Part shown: positions 43,261-52,437 of the stretch, in pieces
Layout of the letters: the number at the start of each line of letters is the position of its first letter
Position numbering within the stretch: the stretch's first letter is position 1
Assembly: GCA_017482355.1 (NCBI GenBank)
Contig: JAFUNJ010000008.1
Location: forward strand, 24,790 to 88,789
Length of the DNA stretch: 64,000 bases
From: Clostridia bacterium
Lineage (GTDB): Bacteria; Bacillota; Clostridia; Oscillospirales; CAG-272
Reading direction: 5' to 3'
Translations under genes and position numbers: made by a program
The notes under the pieces: model-generated
What the model saw: only the letters and a program-made list of their open reading frames with translations
The model's database searches: none
What the model was told of the DNA's origin: nothing

Positions 43261-44217
43261 TTGAAGATCACAGTTATAGGATGCGGTAGATGGGGATCGT
43301 TTATCGCTTGGTATCTAAATAATCAAAAGCACGACGTTACTGTATACGGACTTGCAAACGCCGAAAGCTTTGTTCAGCTTCGCGATACGAGAACGAATGG
43401 GCTTATTACATATCCCGAGGAGATCAAGCTGACGACAGACATCACTGCGGTGCTTGACGCAGAAACAGTTATCATCTCTATCGGCTCGCAGGGACTTCGC
43501 GCACTTGTTGCACAGCTTAACGGGCTTGGTGTTAAGGGCAAGAACTTCGTTCTTTGTATGAAGGGAATTGAGATCGGAACCGGTAAGCGTCTAAGTGAGA
43601 TCGTTGAGGAGGGACTTGATCCTTCTAATACCGTTTCGGTTTGGATCGGTCCCGGTCACGTTCAGGAATTTGCCCGCGGAATACCGAACTGTATGGTTAT
43701 CGACAGCAAGAATGATGAAGTTAAAAAGAAGCTTGTAGAGGAGTTTTCAAGCTCTGTTATCCGTTTCTATTACGGAACAGACCTTATCGGTAACGAGATA
43801 GGAGCTGCATCTAAAAACGTAATAGGAATCGCGGCTGGTATGCTCGACGGACTGGGTCTGTCGTCTCTCAAGGGCGCTCTTATGTCGCGCGGTACAAGGG
43901 AAATATCGCGTCTTATTGAGGCGTTTGGCGGTAATCCTATTTCGGCTTACGGTCTTTGCCACCTCGGAGATTACGAGGCGACTGTTTTCTCAAAATATTC
44001 ACATAACCGCGGCTACGGTGAAATGTTCGTTAAGGGTGAGCACTTCGACAAGCTTGCAGAGGGTTACTATACCGTAAAGGCGCTTATGGATATGAGCGAA
44101 AAAAGCGGTGTAGAGCTTCCTATATGCGAGGCGGTCTATAAGGTGCTTTATGAAAACGGCGATCCCAAGGAGGCCCTTTATTCACTCTTTGAAAGAAGCT
44201 TGAAGCAGGAATTTTAA
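43261..44217 (+). CDS. gpsA: NAD(P)H-dependent glycerol-3-phosphate dehydrogenase
   Basis: TTG start. MKITVIGCGRWGS, CMKGIE, NVIGIAAGMLDGL, GDYEATVFS. Confidence 0.9.
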   Translation: MKITVIGCGRWGSFIAWYLNNQKHDVTVYGLANAESFVQLRDTRTNGLITYPEEIKLTTDITAVLDAETVIISIGSQGLRALVAQLNGLGVKGKNFVLCMKGIEIGTGKRLSEIVEEGLDPSNTVSVWIGPGHVQEFARGIPNCMVIDSKNDEVKKKLVEEFSSSVIRFYYGTDLIGNEIGAASKNVIGIAAGMLDGLGLSSLKGALMSRGTREISRLIEAFGGNPISAYGLCHLGDYEATVFSKYSHNRGYGEMFVKGEHFDKLAEGYYTVKALMDMSEKSGVELPICEAVYKVLYENGDPKEALYSLFERSLKQEF

Positions 44218-44218
44218 T

Positions 44219-45046
44219 ATGCGCACAAATTTTTACGATATACTCTCTTCGCATTCACGCGCCTATCCTAAGATGCTGGCAGAGGATTACTACGCGCTCG
44301 CTTATGAGAGCGAGTACGGCGAGGTCTGCGACGGTGATAACGACGCTCAGCTCTTGCTTGACGAGCTGAGCAAGACCAAAACAGACGTACTTGAGCCGTT
44401 CAGTGTTACGATAGGCGGTGGATACGCGCGTCTCAACCTCGCGCCGATAAAGGCGTATCTTTCGGTAGATAACATTCTTTCTCTCATGTCGCTGACGGCA
44501 AAGGAGGGAAGCTCCGACGGTCTCAACCGTAAAATATCGCTCATTCACCGTTCAGGCGTTATGGGAATACTTCCGCAGAACGCACGCGATGTTGACAAAT
44601 TCGACGGAAAGGTCACGCATAGCGCGTTGTATAAACGCCTTTACGGTGCCTCGTACCGCATAATCTTATCCGACGTTGCGCCGATCATTCCCGGTCTTTG
44701 CCTTATATCAGAGGCGCTCGGCAAGGCGGAAAAAATAACGGTCGCTCTTGACGGACGAAAGGCATCGGGCAAAAGCTTTGCATGTAAGGTGATTTCTACG
44801 GTGTTCGCCTCAGAGCTCGAGGCAGGGAAGCTTGTTATCAATGACGGCTTCGGCTCGTTTGGAAGCGGAAACTACGACATTAAGTTTTATTTCGATACCG
44901 ACGAAGAAAGCCGTAAAATGAGGATCATAGAAGCAGGCGGAGATATTGCTTGGTCAAAATACGAAAGCGAGACTCGCCCCGAGGAAGACGTTTATATAGA
45001 AAAATACGAGCCCGCAATTAACTGCGACCTCGTAATAAGAACGTAA
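44219..45046 (+). CDS. Hypothetical protein with C-terminal uridine-kinase-like P-loop region
   Basis: 275 aa. Walker A-like GRKASGKS at nt 44753-44776. No other recognisable kinase motifs by eye. The N-terminal 170 aa is unassigned. Confidence 0.55.
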   Translation: MRTNFYDILSSHSRAYPKMLAEDYYALAYESEYGEVCDGDNDAQLLLDELSKTKTDVLEPFSVTIGGGYARLNLAPIKAYLSVDNILSLMSLTAKEGSSDGLNRKISLIHRSGVMGILPQNARDVDKFDGKVTHSALYKRLYGASYRIILSDVAPIIPGLCLISEALGKAEKITVALDGRKASGKSFACKVISTVFASELEAGKLVINDGFGSFGSGNYDIKFYFDTDEESRKMRIIEAGGDIAWSKYESETRPEEDVYIEKYEPAINCDLVIRT

Positions 45047-45047
45047 A

Positions 45048-45079
45048 AAAAGGTGTTATCCCAACGGATAACACCTTTT
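45048..45079. terminator. Bidirectional rho-independent terminator
   Basis: aaaaggtgttatcc-caac-ggataacacctttt between convergent genes. Confidence 0.85.
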
Positions 45080-45082
45080 ATA

Positions 45083-45502
45083 TTATTTAAACTGCTTTTT
45101 GTAGGGCGTTTTCTTTTCCTCGGTCTTTTTAGAGGACACCTTACGGACTATCAAGGCAACAAGTGCGCCGATAAGGTAAAGTATCGAAAAAACGATGAGA
45201 TTTCCGAAGACGTTTTGTCTTTGCTCCAAAATGACAAATGAGATCAGTACGTTAAGCAGATAAATGATGTAATGAATAAAATGCGCGGCGGGAAAGGACA
45301 TCTTTCTGCTGCGAAAAATCTCGTTTGACCAGCTGAGGATCAATGAAAACAGTATGAAGGGAAGAAGCGTCTTAGGCGTCAGCACATAAGGCATATTGAA
45401 GTCCATAAGCGCGTTCAAAACGGAAAACATAAATATTATGACCGTGAATATAAAGCAAGCAGGGTATAGTATATTTTTAACGAATTTTTTGAATCCTTCC
45501 AA
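45083..45502 (-). CDS. Small membrane protein (4 TM), unknown function
   Basis: TTG start 6 nt after GGAGGA. 139 aa with four hydrophobic helices and a K-rich C-terminus. Confidence 0.6.
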   Translation of the reverse strand: MEGFKKFVKNILYPACFIFTVIIFMFSVLNALMDFNMPYVLTPKTLLPFILFSLILSWSNEIFRSRKMSFPAAHFIHYIIYLLNVLISFVILEQRQNVFGNLIVFSILYLIGALVALIVRKVSSKKTEEKKTPYKKQFK

Positions 45503-45573
45503 AACGGTTCCTCCGAATTTTGATAGGTATATTATACATCACAGGAGGAGGAAATTCAAGATGTAATTATAAA

Positions 45574-46560
45574 TTAATCGGGAATATCGTATATAATTAC
45601 GTCCTTTTCGGCAACTCTGTCCTTGCCGTTCACCGAAACAATGACGCCCATTCTGTTTTGCGAAAGAAATTTTGTCAGCTCGTAGCAGTCGATCCATATC
45701 TGGTTGTAGCCGTCCTTTTGACTCGGGTCGAAGATGAGCTGAATGCCGTAGTGAAGATGAGGCGTTTTTATGTTGTTTACGTTCTCTTTCGCGCTGTAAC
45801 CTGTCATTCCGAGGTAACCGATGACCTGACCTGCCGTTACGATATCACCTTCTTTGAGATCGGTAACGTAAGGGTGATCCTTTCTTAAATGTGCGTAGTA
45901 ATAGTAGCGCTTGTTGTCAAAGGAGCGGATACCGATGCGCCACCCGCCGTACTGATTCCAGCCGAGCGCTTCGACGTAACCGCTTTCGATAGCGATAATT
46001 GGCGTTCCGACAGATCCCATAAGATCGTGACCTAGGTGCTTACGATTGTATCCGTAGCTTCTTGAAGCACCGAAATCATCGGAATGATTATAGTAATATC
46101 CCTTTGCGATAGGTGAAAATGCGCGAAGCCCATAATACTGCTTTCCGTCTATATAAAACTCGCCGACGTATTCGCTCAAAACCGCACCGTAAGCTTCAAG
46201 ATAATAGGGATAGTAGTTATATTTCGCGCCTATAGTATCGAGCTTTTCGCCGCTTTTTATCTTGTCGTAAACTTCTGTCAGATCCTTCTTTTTGTAGTGT
46301 TTGAAATCGCCACCGTATTTTGCGCCGAGATAGGAAAGAAGCTTGACGAAGTCGGCGTCGTAGCCATTTTCGTATGCATCGAGAGATACTTCAAGCGTAT
46401 CGTTCATCGCTTCGGCAGTAACAGAGAAATCGACCCATTTTATGTATTCACCGCTTGTCTGTCGGAACATTTTCTCGTGACTGAGCAGCCGAGCGACGCC
46501 CAGCATAATGACTGACGCTGCTATCAAAAACGCGCCGAACCGTAGTCTTCTTTTTACCAT
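45574..46560 (-). CDS. M23 family metallopeptidase (peptidoglycan endopeptidase), membrane-anchored
   Basis: N-terminal TM. HLGHDL (HxxxD), GYLGMTGYS, PHLHYGI (HxH). Confidence 0.85.
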   Translation of the reverse strand: MVKRRLRFGAFLIAASVIMLGVARLLSHEKMFRQTSGEYIKWVDFSVTAEAMNDTLEVSLDAYENGYDADFVKLLSYLGAKYGGDFKHYKKKDLTEVYDKIKSGEKLDTIGAKYNYYPYYLEAYGAVLSEYVGEFYIDGKQYYGLRAFSPIAKGYYYNHSDDFGASRSYGYNRKHLGHDLMGSVGTPIIAIESGYVEALGWNQYGGWRIGIRSFDNKRYYYYAHLRKDHPYVTDLKEGDIVTAGQVIGYLGMTGYSAKENVNNIKTPHLHYGIQLIFDPSQKDGYNQIWIDCYELTKFLSQNRMGVIVSVNGKDRVAEKDVIIYDIPD

Positions 46561-46697
46561 ACATTTTTCCGCCTAAAAAAGAATATTCACAGTTATGTAT
46601 ATGGCTTGCATTATTCATATATTCCGCTTCTAAAATGCGGATGCATTATGATATTATATATAAGATGTAATTTTTTAAGTTAAATACCCTAATTCCG

Positions 46698-46726
46698 TTG
46701 ACAAAGTAAGGAAAAAAAGGTATAAT
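46698..46726 (+). promoter_or_regulatory. Consensus SigA-type promoter TTGACA-17-TATAAT upstream of nusB
   Basis: TTGACA at 46698-46703, 17-nt spacer, TATAAT at 46721-46726. Confidence 0.7.
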
Positions 46727-46796
46727 GTATAATTGCAGTAATAGTAGTGTATATACTGCATATTCATTCTAATGATCGACTTGAAAAGGAACAGTT

Positions 46797-47201
46797 ATGG
46801 AAAGACGTAAGGCACGAGAGGCGGTAATGGAGCTTCTTTTTGAGAAAGAGTTTAATATGGACGTGACGGCAGAGGAGACATACCGTCTTGCCGAGGAGAG
46901 TAGAGATCTTGAAAACGACAAGTATCTTACCGAAACTTATTTTGGCGTTCTTGATAATCTCTCCGAGATCGACGGTGTAATTTCTCAGCACGCTATCGGC
47001 TGGAAGACGAAGAGAATGAGCAAGGTATCTCTTTCTGTTATGAGAATCGCAGTCTACGAAATGATGAAGACGGACGTTCCTTTCAACGTTTCGATAAACG
47101 AGGCAGTCGAGCTTTCAAAGAAGTTTGACGACGAAAAAGCACCTGCATTTGTAAACGGCGTGCTTAACGCAGTGGCAGAGCAGCTCGGACTTAAAAAATG
47201 A
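46797..47201 (+). CDS. nusB: Transcription antitermination factor NusB
   Basis: RRKAREAVMELLFE.., RMSKVSLSVMRIAVYEM, INEAVELSKKF, FVNGVLN. Confidence 0.9.
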   Translation: MERRKAREAVMELLFEKEFNMDVTAEETYRLAEESRDLENDKYLTETYFGVLDNLSEIDGVISQHAIGWKTKRMSKVSLSVMRIAVYEMMKTDVPFNVSINEAVELSKKFDDEKAPAFVNGVLNAVAEQLGLKK

Positions 47202-48112
47202 AGCCCTGTCTCGGAATAGATACAAGTAATTATACGACATCGGTTGCGACCTCGCTGAGCGGCAAGGTTGAGCATAATTTGAGGATCCTGCTTTCCGTTG
47301 GTGAAGGCGAACGCGGTCTGCGGCAGAGCGATGCGGTATTTCAGCATACTGTGAATTTGCCTAAGGTATTTGAAACGCTAGGCGAGGTATCATTAAGAGC
47401 CGTCGGAGTGTCTGCTACACCGAGAGATGTTGACGGCTCGTATATGCCGTGCTTCCTTTCTGGAATTGCGGCGGCTACTGCCGTTGCAAGCACGCACGGC
47501 GTTCCGCTTTACCGTTTCAGCCATCAGCACGGTCATATAGCGGCGGCGCTTTACAGCTGCGGACGCGAGGATCTTCATCATTCGTCCTTCCTCGCCTTTC
47601 ACGTTTCGGGAGGAACGACGGAGCTTACGCTCGTTGAGAACGGAAAAATAGCGCTTCTCGGCGGAACGAAGGACATTTCCTGCGGTAAGGCGATAGACCG
47701 AATCGGAGTTCTGATGGGACTTAAATTCCCATGCGGAAAGGAGCTTGACGCAATGTCGGTCGATCCGTCGGCGGTCAAGCCGGGTAAGATCACGGTCGAC
47801 GGCTTTGATTTCAACCTATCGGGGCTTGAAAACAAAGCGGAAAAGCTTCTGCACGACGGAGCAGAAAAAAGCTACGTAGCCGATTTCGTTCTTTCGCACA
47901 TAACCGCGGTGCTGACTAAGCTTACCGAAAACGCGCTTGAAAAATACGGCGAGATGCCGATAATATACGCAGGCGGCGTTATGAGTAACAGATATATAAA
48001 TAAGACATTGACCGATCGCTTTGGCGGACTGTTTGCCGAAAGCGAGTATTCCTGCGATAATGCGGCAGGCATCGCTCGGCTTACTGAAATGAAGATTATG
48101 GGAGAACTGTAA
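47198..48112 (+). CDS. Kae1/TsaD (peptidase M22/ASKHA) family paralogue, 304 aa
   Basis: GIDTSNYTTSVA phosphate-1 motif, SHQHGHIAAAL (HxxxH metal site), HVSGGTTE, YAGGVMSNRY, CDNAAGIA. Confidence 0.7.
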   Translation: MKPCLGIDTSNYTTSVATSLSGKVEHNLRILLSVGEGERGLRQSDAVFQHTVNLPKVFETLGEVSLRAVGVSATPRDVDGSYMPCFLSGIAAATAVASTHGVPLYRFSHQHGHIAAALYSCGREDLHHSSFLAFHVSGGTTELTLVENGKIALLGGTKDISCGKAIDRIGVLMGLKFPCGKELDAMSVDPSAVKPGKITVDGFDFNLSGLENKAEKLLHDGAEKSYVADFVLSHITAVLTKLTENALEKYGEMPIIYAGGVMSNRYINKTLTDRFGGLFAESEYSCDNAAGIARLTEMKIMGEL

Positions 48113-48113
48113 A

Positions 48114-49325
48114 ATGCCCGATGAATCGAGGATACTGACCGTTGGCGGCTTAAATGAATATGTCAAGATGCTGATCGACGGCAATCCCGTTCTTTCAAAC
48201 GTCTTCGTTAGGGGCGAGATCTCTAACCTTAATTATCACTCCTCGGGTCACTATTATTTCTCGCTCAAGGATGAGAACGCAAGAGTGTCGGCTGTAATGT
48301 TCAAAAGCGCAGTAGTGAAGCTTAAATTCCGACCCGAAAATGGAATGAAGGTCGTTCTTCACGGACGAGTTTCGGTATATCCGCGCGACGGCGCATATCA
48401 GCTCTACGCGACCTCCCTTGAGCCCGACGGTGTCGGCGCGTTGACGCTGGCTTACGAGCAGCTGAAAAGAAAGCTCGAAGCAGAGGGCTTGTTCAGGGTA
48501 GACCTGAAAAAGCCGCTTCCGAAAATACCGTCTGCAGTCGGTATAATCACGTCGCCGACAGGCGCGGCTGTGCGCGATATTATAAACGTGTGCGGCAGAC
48601 GCTTTCCGTTTGCAAAGCTTGTGCTTTTCCCGTCGCTCGTGCAGGGCGAGGGCGCAGAATCCGATCTTATTCGCGGAATTAAGTATTTTAACGATAGCAG
48701 AAGCGTTGACGTAATAATAATCGGTCGCGGCGGCGGCTCGATCGAGGACCTTTGGGCGTTCAACAGTGAAGCGCTTGCAAGGGAAATATTTAAGTGCGAA
48801 ATTCCTGTTATTTCGGCTGTCGGTCACGAGACGGACTTTACGATATGTGACTTCGTCTCCGATAAACGCGCGCCGACACCATCCGCCGCGGCAGAGCTAG
48901 CAGTTCCAGAAAGTGAAGAGCTTAAAAGAAAATTCGGTAACGTCGTTTCCCGTATGCAGACGCTGACTGAAGCAAAGTTGAAGAGTCACCGTCAGATGTT
49001 GAAGATGCTCTCTGAACGCCGCGCTCTTACGCAGCCGTCGGCGTATATAGACGATAAGCGTATGATGATCATATCGCTGACAAAGGATCTTGAAAACGCT
49101 GTCAGCTACAAGTTGACGACACAAAAGCAGAAGTTTGCACGGCTTTCGTCAGTACTTGAAGCGGTGAGCCCGTTAAAGGTTATATCAAAGGGCTATTCAG
49201 CAGTATTCAAGGACGGCGGAAAGCTCGTAAAGAGCGTTGATGACCTAAGTGAGGGCGATGACGTTTCCTTCAAGCTTACAGACGGAAGCATAAATGCTAA
49301 GGTAGTTTCAAAAAAGAAAGCGTGA
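48114..49325 (+). CDS. xseA: Exodeoxyribonuclease VII large subunit
   Basis: OB-fold N-terminus VFVRGEISNLNYHSSGHYYFSLKD, GIITSPTGAAVRDI, IIGRGGGSIEDLWAFN, ISAVGHETD. Confidence 0.9.
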   Translation: MPDESRILTVGGLNEYVKMLIDGNPVLSNVFVRGEISNLNYHSSGHYYFSLKDENARVSAVMFKSAVVKLKFRPENGMKVVLHGRVSVYPRDGAYQLYATSLEPDGVGALTLAYEQLKRKLEAEGLFRVDLKKPLPKIPSAVGIITSPTGAAVRDIINVCGRRFPFAKLVLFPSLVQGEGAESDLIRGIKYFNDSRSVDVIIIGRGGGSIEDLWAFNSEALAREIFKCEIPVISAVGHETDFTICDFVSDKRAPTPSAAAELAVPESEELKRKFGNVVSRMQTLTEAKLKSHRQMLKMLSERRALTQPSAYIDDKRMMIISLTKDLENAVSYKLTTQKQKFARLSSVLEAVSPLKVISKGYSAVFKDGGKLVKSVDDLSEGDDVSFKLTDGSINAKVVSKKKA

Positions 49326-49330
49326 GAGAT

Positions 49331-49561
49331 ATGGATAAGAAAGAAATTAAATTTGAAGAGGCGCTTTCCCGCCTTGAAGAAATAGTAAGAGAGCTTGAAA
49401 ACGGCACGGCGGAGCTTGATAAATCCCTCGATATGTTTGAGGAGGGCGTTGCTCTCGTTAAGCTTTGCTCGGGTAAGCTCGACGAAGCAGAGAAGAGAAT
49501 CAACATTCTTGTAAATAACGGTAACGGTGGCTACGATGAAAGACCTTTTACTGACAATTAA
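49331..49561 (+). CDS. xseB: Exodeoxyribonuclease VII small subunit
   Basis: ATG 49331. FEEALSRLEEIVRELENG..LDKSLDMFEEGVALVKLC is the XseB signature. Confidence 0.85.
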   Translation: MDKKEIKFEEALSRLEEIVRELENGTAELDKSLDMFEEGVALVKLCSGKLDEAEKRINILVNNGNGGYDERPFTDN

Positions 49562-50384
49562 AGAAAACGCAGAGCTGATCGGCTCCGCTATTGACGAATA
49601 TCTTTCGGGAAGTATCGACGAAATTTCGGTGCTTACCGATTCGATGAAATACAGCGCATCCTCGGGCGGAAAGAGAATAAGACCTTTTCTTACCCTTGAA
49701 GTTGCGAAAATGTTCGGCGGAAAAAAGGAAGCGGCGCTTCCTTACGCGTGTGCGATCGAGATGATACATACCTATTCGCTCATTCACGATGACCTGCCTT
49801 GTATGGACAATGACGACGTAAGACGCGGCAAGCCGACTAATCACATCGTTTTCGGCGAAGCCAATGCGCTTTTGGCAGGCGACGCGCTTCTTACGAAGGC
49901 GTTTGAGGTCGCGTCTACGAATGAATTTGTATCGAATAAAAACAAGGTTGAAGCGGTGTTGCTTCTCGCTCAGAATGCGGGTGCTGACGGAATGATAGGC
50001 GGTCAGGTGCTTGATCTTGCGGGCGAAAAAGAGCGTTTAAGCGAAAAGACGCATCTTATGATGAACCGCATGAAGACGGGGTGCCTTATACGAACTTCTG
50101 CACTTCTCGGTTGCCTTTCTGCGGGCTACGGAGAAGGTACGTTCGAATATCTTGACACAAAAAAGTACGCCGAAAATATCGGTCTTGCCTTCCAGATAGA
50201 GGACGATATTCTTGATCTCGGTACAGAGGATAATAAAACGACGTTCCTTTCCTTTATGACCGTTGACGAGGCAAAGCATAAGATCGACGAGCTGACAAAT
50301 GAGGCGATCTCGGTAATTTCCAAATACGAGGGAAGCGAAATTCTTGTGCACTTCGCGCACTATCTCTCGAATAGAGAAGTATAA
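49536..50384 (+). CDS. ispA: Polyprenyl (farnesyl/geranylgeranyl) diphosphate synthase
   Basis: GGKRIRP, first DDxxD in HDDLPCMDNDDVRRG, second in FQIEDDILD. Start is ATG 49536 (or GTG 49527) and overlaps the xseB 3' end. Confidence 0.85.
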   Translation: MKDLLLTIKENAELIGSAIDEYLSGSIDEISVLTDSMKYSASSGGKRIRPFLTLEVAKMFGGKKEAALPYACAIEMIHTYSLIHDDLPCMDNDDVRRGKPTNHIVFGEANALLAGDALLTKAFEVASTNEFVSNKNKVEAVLLLAQNAGADGMIGGQVLDLAGEKERLSEKTHLMMNRMKTGCLIRTSALLGCLSAGYGEGTFEYLDTKKYAENIGLAFQIEDDILDLGTEDNKTTFLSFMTVDEAKHKIDELTNEAISVISKYEGSEILVHFAHYLSNREV

Positions 50385-51139
50385 TGCGGCTCGATCAGTT
50401 TTTGACCGAAAAGGGCTACTCCGAAACGCGCACTAAAGCAAAGAATCTGATCGAAAGCGGATCGGTTACCGTAAACGGCAAGCTTATATTAAAGCCCGCC
50501 TTTGACGTATGCGACGGTGATGAAATTTCCTGCCGAACCGATCTTGTTTGTCCCTACGTCAGCCGCGGCGGACTCAAGCTCGAGGGTGCGCTCCGCGAGT
50601 TCGGTATTGATCCTACGGGTGCTGTCTGCCTTGATATAGGCGCATCGTCGGGCGGATTTACCGATTGTCTCCTCAAGCACGGAGCGAGCAAGGTTTATGC
50701 GGTGGATTCGGGAAGCGGTCAGCTTCATAAATCGCTTCAGAGTGATAACCGCGTTATATCCCTTGAAAACGTAAACGCTCGGTATTTGAGCGAAAAAGAA
50801 ATACCCGAAAAGGCGGATATAACGGTAATGGACGTTTCGTTCATTTCGCAAACGAAGCTCTATTCCGCGATAGTTCCCCTAATGAAAGAAAAGGGAATAC
50901 TCATTTCCCTAATAAAGCCGCAGTTTGAGGTCGGACGAAGCGGCGTCGGCAAGGGCGGTATCGTGCGTGACGAAAAGAAACGTAAGGAAGCGGTGGACGA
51001 CGTTATTAACTGTGCCGCTTCATTCGGACTTAAAAATATAAAGACCGTTATTTCACCTATCAAGGGAGGAGACGGCAATACTGAATTTTTGGCATATTTC
51101 ATTTTAGATAACGAAAGGAGGCAGGATAGTGAAGATTGA
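50384..51139 (+). CDS. tlyA: TlyA family rRNA 2'-O-methyltransferase
   Basis: MRLDQFLTEKGY.. S4 domain, YVSRGGLKLE, CLDIGASSGGFTDCLL. Confidence 0.85.
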   Translation: MRLDQFLTEKGYSETRTKAKNLIESGSVTVNGKLILKPAFDVCDGDEISCRTDLVCPYVSRGGLKLEGALREFGIDPTGAVCLDIGASSGGFTDCLLKHGASKVYAVDSGSGQLHKSLQSDNRVISLENVNARYLSEKEIPEKADITVMDVSFISQTKLYSAIVPLMKEKGILISLIKPQFEVGRSGVGKGGIVRDEKKRKEAVDDVINCAASFGLKNIKTVISPIKGGDGNTEFLAYFILDNERRQDSED

Positions 51140-51971
51140 AGTAGCATCGACGGTCTTAAAGGACCCCGGGCTAAAATATACCTCGGAGCTGATCGCGACT
51201 CTCAAGGAACGCGGAGACGAGGTATGGCTCGACTGCGACGCTGATACGCTGATCGAAGGCGTTAATAAAGGCGTTTCGTCCTGCCCCGATATGATAATTG
51301 TTCTCGGCGGTGACGGCTCGATCATGAGAGCCGCAAGGCGAGGTGCTTTGATCGGTGTTCCGATACTCGGCATCGACCTCGGCCGCGTCGGATATCTTGC
51401 CGAGCTTTCGCCTGACGATAAAGAAGGACTTAACGCAGTTCTCAGCGGTGAATACTATATTGAGAAGCGTGCGCTTCTTGAGGTCTCGACTGTCAAAAGC
51501 GGAATTGAATCGGAAGAAAAGATGGTCGCGATAAACGACGTTGTTCTTTCGCACGGAACTGTCTCGCGTCTGCTTGAAACCGAGGTATACTGCGACGGAA
51601 GCTCGCTCGGACGCTATCGCTCCGACGGATTTATCGTTGCCACCCCGACCGGATCAACGGCGTATTCGCTCTCGGCAGGCGGCCCCGTGCTTTCCCCGAA
51701 GCTCAAGGGAATATGCTTAACGCCGATATGTCCGCATTCGCTTACGGCAAGACCTATAATAGTTCCCGAGGATTCTCATATTGAGATCAAATACCTATCA
51801 CCGCTGCCGTCGCCTTCACATCTTACGGTTGACGGTAACGAAGCCGATATGCTCTACTGCGGTGATTCAGTAACGGTTCGCCGTTCAAGTGTGAGCGCCG
51901 ATTTTATTCGCTTGAATAAAAAGCGGAACGTCAGCTTTTACGATATTTTAAGAGAAAAAATGTCTGATTGA
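51129..51971 (+). CDS. nadK: NAD+ kinase
   Basis: GTG start 8 nt after AGGAGG. GGDGSIMRAAR, GIDLGRVGYL, NDVVL, SDGFIVATPTGSTAYSLSAGGP. Confidence 0.9.
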   Translation: MKIEVASTVLKDPGLKYTSELIATLKERGDEVWLDCDADTLIEGVNKGVSSCPDMIIVLGGDGSIMRAARRGALIGVPILGIDLGRVGYLAELSPDDKEGLNAVLSGEYYIEKRALLEVSTVKSGIESEEKMVAINDVVLSHGTVSRLLETEVYCDGSSLGRYRSDGFIVATPTGSTAYSLSAGGPVLSPKLKGICLTPICPHSLTARPIIVPEDSHIEIKYLSPLPSPSHLTVDGNEADMLYCGDSVTVRRSSVSADFIRLNKKRNVSFYDILREKMSD

Positions 51972-51981
51972 GGAAACGGAA

Positions 51982-52437
51982 ATGAAGTATAAGAGACATA
52001 ATAAAATAATCGAGATCATAACGGAATACGATATCGAAACACAGGACGAGCTTATAAGCAAGCTCCGCGAGTCGGGCTTTGACGTAACTCAGGCGACGGT
52101 ATCGCGCGACATTCGTTCGCTTAAGCTCGTTAAGGTTTCGACCCCCGATCATCGTTATAAGTACGCGCTCTCTCCAAGAGACGATATTCACATCTCGGCA
52201 AAGTACAGAAACATTATAAGAGAGACAATAATCAAGGTCGATTTCGCCAATAACTTCGTAGTTCTTAAGACCTACGCAGGTATGGCTCAGGCGGCGGCTG
52301 CCGCGATCGACGGAATGGGTTGGTCTGAGCTTGTCGGAAGTATCGCGGGCGACGATACCATTTTCGTCATGATGCGCGACAATACGGGTGCGATCGAATT
52401 TTCAGAAAAACTTAAACAGATAACGAGAGGAAACTGA
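51982..52437 (+). CDS. argR: Arginine repressor
   Basis: RHNKIIEIIT..IETQDELISKL..GFDVTQATVSRDIRSL; C-terminal GSIAGDDTIFV. Confidence 0.9.
   Translation: MKYKRHNKIIEIITEYDIETQDELISKLRESGFDVTQATVSRDIRSLKLVKVSTPDHRYKYALSPRDDIHISAKYRNIIRETIIKVDFANNFVVLKTYAGMAQAAAAAIDGMGWSELVGSIAGDDTIFVMMRDNTGAIEFSEKLKQITRGN

Noticed and set aside
49527-49561. 26-35 nt overlap between xseB and ispA, considered as a possible frameshift or fusion site.
   Set aside because: Both reading frames are complete, with their family-typical N- and C-termini. Overlapping starts are common in this operon and no slippery sequence is evident.
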